Origin: a bacterium | GTDB taxonomy: Bacteria; Actinomycetota; Acidimicrobiia; Spongiisociales; Spongiisociaceae | NCBI GenBank assembly: GCA_028821235.1 | Contig: JAPPGV010000081.1 | Location: forward strand, 109,431 to 173,430 | Direction: 5' to 3' | Length of the DNA: 64,000 nucleotides | Part shown: piece by piece, positions 57,665 through 64,000 of the stretch | Numbering within the stretch: position 1 is the first letter of the stretch | How the letters are laid out: every line of letters starts with the position of its first letter | Position numbers and translations under genes: made by a program | The notes under the pieces: model-generated | Told to the model about the DNA's origin: nothing | Database searches by the model: none | The model's input: the letters and a program-made list of their open reading frames with translations, nothing else

Positions 57665-59460
57665 TGCTCGAGATCACCGGTATCACGCTGGACTACGGGA
57701 AGCACCGCGCCCTGGACGGCATCGACCTGTCGGTGGGGTCCGGGGAGGTGATGGCCGTACTGGGGCCGTCAGGCTCGGGGAAGTCGAGCCTCCTGCGGGT
57801 GATCGCCGGCCTCGAGAAGCCCGCAGCAGGGCGTATCGAGTTGGCGTCGCGCGACATCACCCGCGTCGACGTTCACCGCCGGGGGGTGGGCCTGATGTTC
57901 CAGGACTACGCGCTGTTCCCCCACCTGAACGTGACCGAGAACGTGACCTTCGGACTCCGGATGCAGGGAAGGGACCGGCGGGCCATCCGCGAACGGGTGG
58001 AGGAGGTGCTCTCGTGGGTCGACCTCGCCGACTACGGCGACCGCGGAGTCGACTCCCTCTCGGGTGGCGAGCAGCAGCGGGTCGCCCTGGCCCGGTCGCT
58101 GGCGCCCGAACCGGCCCTCCTGATGCTCGACGAACCGGTGGGCGCCCTTGACCGGGCCCTGCGCGCCCGCCTAGTCCCGGAACTGTCCGAACTCCTGCGC
58201 CGGATAGGCATCACGGCCCTCTACGTCACCCACGACCAGGACGAGGCGTTCGCAATCGCCGACCGGGTGGCGATCCTGCACCGGGGCCGGATAAGGCAGG
58301 TCGACACCCCTGAGCGACTCTGGAGCCGCCCGGCCACCGAGTTCGTGGCCCGCTTCCTCGGGTTCGAGAACTTCGCCGATGTAGCGGTCGAGTCCGGTTC
58401 CGCCACCTCCCAGTGGGGCGCCATCCCCACGCACCTTCCGGACGGCCGCCACCGGGTGGTCATCCGGCCTGATGGCGCTGCCTTGAGCCCGACCGGGAGC
58501 CTGGCCGGGACGGTGGACTCGACCACCTTCGTGGCCGGGCAGTCCCGTGTGGAGGTGGACTGCTCCGGTCATCCTCTTGTCGTCCAGACCGCGGGCACCG
58601 GGCCTCCCAGGGGGACCCGCCTGCTCGTGGAGATAGACCCGGAGAGGGTTGTCGCCCTGTCCGAGCCGGCCCATCCCGCCGACGCTCCCCGGGCGCGGCT
58701 CGAACCGGTGGCCTCGGGTCCCGTGCGTGACCGGGGGTTGCCGCCGTCCCCCAACGGGGCCTCCTCGTTCCACGTGTGGTGGGAGGTTCCCGACACTCCC
58801 CTGGCCTCGGTGTCGGTGATCCTGGAGGTCCTGAAGCCGCCGGAGGTCAGCCGCCTGGCCTTCTTCGCGCTCCAGGCATCCTTCTGGACGCCCGGCCGCC
58901 ACCAGGGAGGCGCCCACACCGGGATCCAGTGGAATCCCCGCCATCCCGGGAGCCTGGCCGTCAACTGGGGTGGATACGACCGCGATGGCGCCATCCTGCC
59001 GGGAACCGAGTCGTCCCTGCCGTCCACGCCCCTCGACCCGAACACCAGGGACTTAGCCTGGGCGCCCGGTGCGCGCTACCGCCTCACCATCGGACCTTGC
59101 GCCCCCGGCGTCCAGGGCCCGAGCCGGTGGCCGGCCCGGATCGAGGGCCTCGACACCGGCGAGGACGTGGTGGTGCGCCACCTCCTGTGCGAGGGCGACC
59201 ATCTCCGATCGCCGATCGTGTGGTCCGAGCTCTTCACCCGGTGCGACGACCCGCCGATCGAAGTACGGTGGAGCCGGCCGTCCGCGTTCGGCCTCGATGG
59301 CGAGCCCGTCCCGGTGGACCGCGGTCGCGTGACCTACCAGGCCTACGATGCCGGCGGGTGTACGAACACCACGGTCGAATCGGACGAGGTCGGCATAGTG
59401 CAGCGATCCGGCTGCGAGAGACGGACCGCCCACGACACCCTGGTCGGCTGGAGGACATGA
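57664..59460 (+). CDS. thiQ: ABC transporter ATPase (ThiQ/PotA-FbpC-like) fused to a C-terminal domain of about 260 aa of unknown function
   Basis: ATG at 57664 overlaps the thiP stop (TGATG). Walker [10 protein letters not shown], signature LSGGEQQR, Walker B LMLDEP, then a TOBE-like segment. After that comes an uninterrupted in-frame extension (FHVWWEVPD...[26 protein letters not shown]...) running to the thiD start. Confidence 0.8.
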   Translation: MLEITGITLDYGKHRALDGIDLSVGSGEVMAVLGPSGSGKSSLLRVIAGLEKPAAGRIELASRDITRVDVHRRGVGLMFQDYALFPHLNVTENVTFGLRMQGRDRRAIRERVEEVLSWVDLADYGDRGVDSLSGGEQQRVALARSLAPEPALLMLDEPVGALDRALRARLVPELSELLRRIGITALYVTHDQDEAFAIADRVAILHRGRIRQVDTPERLWSRPATEFVARFLGFENFADVAVESGSATSQWGAIPTHLPDGRHRVVIRPDGAALSPTGSLAGTVDSTTFVAGQSRVEVDCSGHPLVVQTAGTGPPRGTRLLVEIDPERVVALSEPAHPADAPRARLEPVASGPVRDRGLPPSPNGASSFHVWWEVPDTPLASVSVILEVLKPPEVSRLAFFALQASFWTPGRHQGGAHTGIQWNPRHPGSLAVNWGGYDRDGAILPGTESSLPSTPLDPNTRDLAWAPGARYRLTIGPCAPGVQGPSRWPARIEGLDTGEDVVVRHLLCEGDHLRSPIVWSELFTRCDDPPIEVRWSRPSAFGLDGEPVPVDRGRVTYQAYDAGGCTNTTVESDEVGIVQRSGCERRTAHDTLVGWRT

Positions 59461-60254
59461 CAGATACCCCCAAGACGGTGATGACGATCGGCGGCAGCGA
59501 CTCCGGTGCCGGCGCCGGGATCCAGGCCGACCTCAAGACGCTGTCGGCGCACCGCGTGTTCGCCACCACGGTGATCACCACCGTCACCGCGCAGAACACC
59601 CGGGGCGTCACCAGGGCCGAGCAAGTGCCCGTCAAGATGATCTCCTCGCAGTTGGAAGCGGTCGCTTCCGACCTTCCGCCGGACGCCACCAAGACGGGTC
59701 TGTTGGGCCGGGCCGAGGTGGTCCGGCTGGTGGCGGAACAAGCGGCCCGGCTGCCCAACCTGGTGATCGATCCGGTCCTGGTGGATCGGGACGGGAGGTC
59801 GCTGGCGGATCGATCCACCGTCGCCGCCTACCGCGAAGCCCTGATCCCGGCGGCCCGCCTGGCCACCCCCAACCACCGGGAGGCGGCCCTGCTGGCCAGC
59901 CGACCCGTCGAGAACGAACGCGACCAGCGGGCCGCGGCGGAGTACCTGGCCCGCACCACCCGGACGCCCTTCCTGGTGACCGGCGGCCGGATGGCTGACG
60001 ACAAGCCTCTCCTGGACGTGTTCTCGGACGGGATCCGGACCCATGCCCTCCCGGGACGCCGGGTGCGGTCGCGGAACGTCCACGGAACCGGGGATGCCCT
60101 CTCGGCCTCCATAGCGGCCCGCCTGGCCACCGGCGCCGACCTGATCGTGGCCATCGCCGACGCCCGAGCCTGGGTGTCGCGCGCCATCACCGGCGCCGCC
60201 GGATGGGACCTGGGCCGCGGCGAGGGCCCCATCGACCACTTCGGCTGGACGTAG
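59457..60254 (+). CDS. thiD: Hydroxymethylpyrimidine/phosphomethylpyrimidine kinase
   Basis: [22 protein letters not shown]-terminal signature. ATGA overlap with the upstream gene. Confidence 0.92.
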   Translation: MTDTPKTVMTIGGSDSGAGAGIQADLKTLSAHRVFATTVITTVTAQNTRGVTRAEQVPVKMISSQLEAVASDLPPDATKTGLLGRAEVVRLVAEQAARLPNLVIDPVLVDRDGRSLADRSTVAAYREALIPAARLATPNHREAALLASRPVENERDQRAAAEYLARTTRTPFLVTGGRMADDKPLLDVFSDGIRTHALPGRRVRSRNVHGTGDALSASIAARLATGADLIVAIADARAWVSRAITGAAGWDLGRGEGPIDHFGWT

Positions 60255-60293
60255 CCGGGAACAGCCCGACCGTCATACATATATTCTGAACGC

Positions 60294-60545
60294 ATGACAG
60301 TGCTCAGTTTCCGTGTGGATGACGAGGAGGCCGCCGAGGTCCGGCGGTGGGCGGATCGTCTCGGCACCACCAGCTCGGGGGTGATCCAGGAGTCGCTCCG
60401 TAGGCACCTGGCATGGCTCGCCTCCGTAGAGGACGCCGACCTTTGGAAGGAGCAACCGCTCACGCCCGACGAGTCGGAGATCGGTCGGATCGCCGATTGG
60501 GGAGTGGCGGACGACTGGTCCGATTGGGTCGATGCGGCGCGGTGA
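60294..60545 (+). CDS. Ribbon-helix-helix antitoxin (MazE-like)
   Basis: 83 aa; LSFRVDDEEAAEVRRWADRLGTTSSGVIQESLRRHL RHH motif. 14-nt overlap with the downstream MazF-like ORF. Confidence 0.7.
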   Translation: MTVLSFRVDDEEAAEVRRWADRLGTTSSGVIQESLRRHLAWLASVEDADLWKEQPLTPDESEIGRIADWGVADDWSDWVDAAR

Positions 60546-60747
60546 GATCTGGTTCGCGGCTACCCCGGGAGGCGACCGCCCGGACTTGGCGCTGACACGG
60601 GATCCGGTAGCGGACCGCACCGGCTCGGTTGTCGTCGTCGCGCTCGCGCGAACCCGTCGGAAGACGCCGTCCGGTGGTCTAGTGGTCTGTCTGTGGAATG
60701 GCGGTGTGGTTTGGCGAGGCAGCGGTGTTCCTCGCAAGGCCCGCTGA
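60532..60747 (+). pseudogene. MazF/PemK-like toxin, apparently truncated or decayed
   Basis: The N-terminus MRRGEIWFAATPGGDRPDLALTRDPVADRTGSVVVVALARTRR is MazF-like, but the ORF stops at 71 aa (typical MazF is about 105-120 aa) and the tail loses family resemblance. Confidence 0.45.
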
Positions 60748-60853
60748 CGAAGGCGTACCCGCAGGGTACGTTGAGGAAGCGGAACGCAGCGACGGGGCGC
60801 CGATGGCCGCCAGGGCACCCGGTTGTTCGCAGGCAGATCACTAGCCTTGGCCC

Positions 60854-61867
60854 ATGCGGGCTTGGGTTTTGAACGACACGCGGGGGCCTTCCTCCTACAC
60901 CCTGGGGGAGGTGGACACGCCCAGCCCCGGGCCGGGCGAGGTGAGGGTGAGGCTGGTGGCGTCCGCGCTCAACCGCCTCGACCTGTGGATGTCGATGGGC
61001 CTACCCGCGCCCAAGCACTTCCCTCACGTGGCGGGCGGGGATGGCGCCGGGGTGGTCGACGCGGTGGGTGACGGGGTGGACGGATTGGCGCCGGGCGCCG
61101 AGGTGATCGTCAACCCGAGCCTCGGCTACGCCCCCACCACCGGCCACATACCCTTCAGCGGGAAGCTGGGGGTGCTGGGCGAGCACTCCTGGGGAACGCT
61201 GGCCGAATACGTCGTAGTTCCGGCCACCAACGTCGTGCCCAAGCCGGCCCACCTCCCCTGGGACCGGGCGGCGGCCTACGGGCTGGCCTACTCCACCGCC
61301 TACCGGATGCTGCGCCGGGCCCGCCTCTGCGGCGGGGATCTGATGCTGGTAGTGGGGGTCGGCGGGGGGGTCAGCTCGGCCGGGCTGATGATCGGCCGGC
61401 TGATGGGCGCCGAGGTCTACGTCACCTCTCGTAGCCCGGCCAAGATCGAACGGGCCGTACAGCTCGGCGCGGCGGGTGGGTTCGCCTCCGGAGGGGATTT
61501 CTCCAAGGAACTCCGGCAGGCCGCGGGACGGCAGGCCGAGGTGGTGTTCGAGAACGTCGGGCCCGCCACCTGGAGCCAGTCGATGCGGTCGTTGGCGCCG
61601 GGCGGCCGGCTGGTGACCTGCGGATCCACCAGCGGCCCCAAGGTGGAGGTCAGCGTCCCGCCGCTCTTCTTCCGCCACCTGGAGATCATCGGCTCCACCA
61701 TGTTCGACCACGAGGACTTCGCCCGGGTGACCGAGTGGGTGGCCGGCGGCGATCTGCCGGTTCTAGTGGACAGCGTCTACCCGTTCGAGCACCTGCCGGA
61801 GGCATTGGGCCGGATGAAGGCCGGGGATCATCAGGGCAAGCTGGTCATCGAAAGGAGCGGAACGTGA
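60854..61867 (+). CDS. Zinc-binding dehydrogenase / quinone oxidoreductase-like (MDR superfamily)
   Basis: 337 aa; [26 protein letters not shown], and the GVGGGV Rossmann motif. Confidence 0.8.
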   Translation: MRAWVLNDTRGPSSYTLGEVDTPSPGPGEVRVRLVASALNRLDLWMSMGLPAPKHFPHVAGGDGAGVVDAVGDGVDGLAPGAEVIVNPSLGYAPTTGHIPFSGKLGVLGEHSWGTLAEYVVVPATNVVPKPAHLPWDRAAAYGLAYSTAYRMLRRARLCGGDLMLVVGVGGGVSSAGLMIGRLMGAEVYVTSRSPAKIERAVQLGAAGGFASGGDFSKELRQAAGRQAEVVFENVGPATWSQSMRSLAPGGRLVTCGSTSGPKVEVSVPPLFFRHLEIIGSTMFDHEDFARVTEWVAGGDLPVLVDSVYPFEHLPEALGRMKAGDHQGKLVIERSGT

Positions 61868-62775
61868 CTGACAAGCCTGCGATCGGCTGGGTCGGAACCG
61901 GAGTGATGGGCGTCTCCATGTGCGGGCACGTCCTCGACGCCGGATATCCGGTGACGGTGACCACCCGCACCAAGGCCAGGGCCGCGAACCTCATCGCCCG
62001 CGGCGCCACCTGGGCCGCCACCCCCGCCGAGGTGGCCGCGGCGTCGGACATGTCCTTCGCCATCGTCGGCTTCCCGGAGGATGTCCGCCAGGTGTTCCTC
62101 GGCCCGGACGGCCTGCTGGAAGGCGCCTCGGCCGGCGACGTGCTGGTGGACATGACCACCTCCGAGCCCGCCCTCGCCATCGAGATCGCCGCCACGTGCG
62201 CCGAACGGGGTGTGGAGGCCATCGACGCCCCGGTGAGCGGGGGTGACATAGGCGCCCGCAACGGCACATTGTCAATAATGATCGGCGGCGACCCGGACCC
62301 TGTGGAGCAGGTGCGGCCGGTGTTCGAGACCATGGGCAAGACCATCATCCGCCAGGGCGGGCCGGGCGCCGGCCAGCACACCAAGGCGGTGAACCAGATC
62401 CTGATCGCCACCGGCATGATCGGGTTGTCCGAGGCGTTGCTCTACGGCCAGCAGGCCGGACTCGACCTCGACACGGTGATGGGGTCGGTCAGCGGCGGCG
62501 CGGCCGGATCGTGGTCGCTGTCGAACTACGGTCCCCGGATGCTCGGGGGCGACTTCGAGCCGGGCTTCTTCGTGGATCACTTCGTCAAGGACATGGGGAT
62601 CGCCCTGAGGGAGGCCGCCTCCATGAAGCTCCCGGCGCCCGGTCTGGCCCTGGCCCACGAGCTCTACGTATCGCTCCAGGCCCAGGGGCTGGGGCGCAAG
62701 GGCACCCAGTCGCTCATCCTGGCCCTGGCCCGCCTGGCGGGGGTGGAATGGGACCCATCCGAGACGGAGACCTGA
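61864..62775 (+). CDS. NAD(P)-dependent beta-hydroxyacid dehydrogenase (3-hydroxyisobutyrate dehydrogenase family)
   Basis: GTG at 61864 overlaps the upstream stop (GTGA). [13 protein letters not shown] dinucleotide fold and the DAPVSGG motif. Confidence 0.85.
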   Translation: MTDKPAIGWVGTGVMGVSMCGHVLDAGYPVTVTTRTKARAANLIARGATWAATPAEVAAASDMSFAIVGFPEDVRQVFLGPDGLLEGASAGDVLVDMTTSEPALAIEIAATCAERGVEAIDAPVSGGDIGARNGTLSIMIGGDPDPVEQVRPVFETMGKTIIRQGGPGAGQHTKAVNQILIATGMIGLSEALLYGQQAGLDLDTVMGSVSGGAAGSWSLSNYGPRMLGGDFEPGFFVDHFVKDMGIALREAASMKLPAPGLALAHELYVSLQAQGLGRKGTQSLILALARLAGVEWDPSETET

Positions 62776-62789
62776 GCGGAGTCGAGACG

Positions 62790-64000
62790 ATGGCACCGAC
62801 CCCGGCGGATCTCCCCGGACAGTCCGACGTTCCCAATGTCCTGGCCTCCCGCTACGCCGGCCGCGAGATCCGTCGCCTCTGGTCACCGGTGGGCCGGGTG
62901 GTCATGGAGCGGGAGCTCTGGGTAGCGGTCCTCGAGGCCCAGATCGAACTGGGAGTGCCGGTGCCCGAAGGAGTGGTCGACGACTACCGGGCGGTCATCC
63001 ATCAGGTCGACCTGGCCTCGATCCGGTCGAGGGAGGAAGCCACCCGTCATGACCTGGCGGCCCGCATCGGGGAGTTCTGCGGGCTGGCGGGCCACGAGCA
63101 CATCCACAAGGGACTCACCTCCCGGGATGTCACCGAGAACGTCGAGCAGATGGTGGTCCGGCGGTCGCTCGAGACGCTGCGGGACAAGACCGTGGCGGTG
63201 CTGGCAGCCCTGGCGGGCCGGGCGGTCGAGTACCGGACAACGGTCGTGGTGGGCCGCAGCCACAACGTGCCGGCCCAGCCCACCACCGTGGGGAAACGTC
63301 TTGCCTCCGCCGCCGAGGAGACCCTGGCCGCATACCGGCGGGTCGAGACCCTGATCGCCGGCTATCCCCTGAGAGGGATCAAAGGCCCGGTGGGGACCCA
63401 GCAGGACCTCCTGGGCCTGTTCGGTGGTGACGAGGAGGCGGTGGACCGGTTCGAGGAGAAGGTGGCGGATGGACTGGGGTTCTCCCGGCGCCTGACCTCC
63501 GTGGGGCAGATCTATCCCAGATCGCTCGACCTGGAGACGGTGTCCGCGCTGGCCCAGCTGGCGGCGGGCCCCTCCAGCCTGGCCACCACCCTCCGGCTGA
63601 TGGCCGGCGCCGACCTGGTCTCCGAGGGTTTCCGGTCCGGCCAGGTGGGATCATCGGCCATGCCCCACAAGACCAACATGCGGACCTGCGAGCGGATCAA
63701 CGGGCTGGCCGTGGTTCTGGGCGGGTACCTCGCCATGGCCTCGGGCCTGTCAGGGCACCAGTGGAACGAGGGTGATGTCAGCGACTCCGTGGTCCGCCGG
63801 GTGATGCTCCCCGACTCCTTCTTCGCCGCCGACGGGTTGATGGAGGCCACACTGCACGTGGTCCGGGACATGGCGGTGTTTCCCGGCCGCCTGGAGGAGG
63901 AAATGGCGGCCGAGCTGCCCTTCCTCTCCACGACCCGGGTCCTGCTGGCGGCGGTGGCGGCGGGGATGGGCCGCGAGCAGGCCCACCGGGTCATCCAATC
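62790..64000 (+). CDS. purB: Adenylosuccinate lyase, 3'-truncated by the window edge
   Basis: Not in the ORF track (open-ended). My translation from ATG 62790: MAPTPADLPGQSDVPNVLASRYAGREIRRLWSP...GRSHNVPAQPTTVGKR...GSSAMPHKTNMR (fumarate-lyase signature). Confidence 0.88.
   Translation, partial: MAPTPADLPGQSDVPNVLASRYAGREIRRLWSPVGRVVMERELWVAVLEAQIELGVPVPEGVVDDYRAVIHQVDLASIRSREEATRHDLAARIGEFCGLAGHEHIHKGLTSRDVTENVEQMVVRRSLETLRDKTVAVLAALAGRAVEYRTTVVVGRSHNVPAQPTTVGKRLASAAEETLAAYRRVETLIAGYPLRGIKGPVGTQQDLLGLFGGDEEAVDRFEEKVADGLGFSRRLTSVGQIYPRSLDLETVSALAQLAAGPSSLATTLRLMAGADLVSEGFRSGQVGSSAMPHKTNMRTCERINGLAVVLGGYLAMASGLSGHQWNEGDVSDSVVRRVMLPDSFFAADGLMEATLHVVRDMAVFPGRLEEEMAAELPFLSTTRVLLAAVAAGMGREQAHRVIQ

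Overview
High-GC, actinobacterium-like chromosomal window, gene-dense, with no rRNA, tRNA, CRISPR array or transposase that I could see. Housekeeping blocks: a NitT/TauT-type ABC importer (1-2019); a histidine-utilisation locus (iclR-hutH divergent from hutU-mttB-like-unknown-def-hutF-hutI-FAD oxidoreductase, 5.5-16.4 kb); recC-recB-recD (20.1-28.6 kb); a complete F1Fo ATP synthase operon (36.1-43.4 kb); glyA; a Rieske oxygenase/reductase pair; surE, mog, fdhD; a TPP-riboswitch-controlled thiB-thiP-thiQ-thiD operon (54.9-60.3 kb); and purB running off the 3' end. Between these lie accessory genes: five toxin-antitoxin pairs (2x VapBC, 2x MazEF of which one looks decayed, DUF4258/DUF2283), an Abi_2/HEPN protein and a PaREP1/HEPN-like orphan. 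Best candidates for new biology: (1) a visibly lower-GC island at 30.3-33.1 kb encoding an EEP nuclease, an unknown dual-OB-like protein and a tandem-DUF488 protein beside VapBC; (2) a phased UAG-N4 heptad array at 16405-16470 in the hut-linked operon, matching the architecture of HutP RNA sites; (3) a peptide-deformylase homologue translationally coupled to hutF where hutG is missing; (4) a 45-bp perfect direct repeat bracketing a single DinB-like gene at the mog 3' end. All calls come from reading the sequence and ORF translations; no database search was run.
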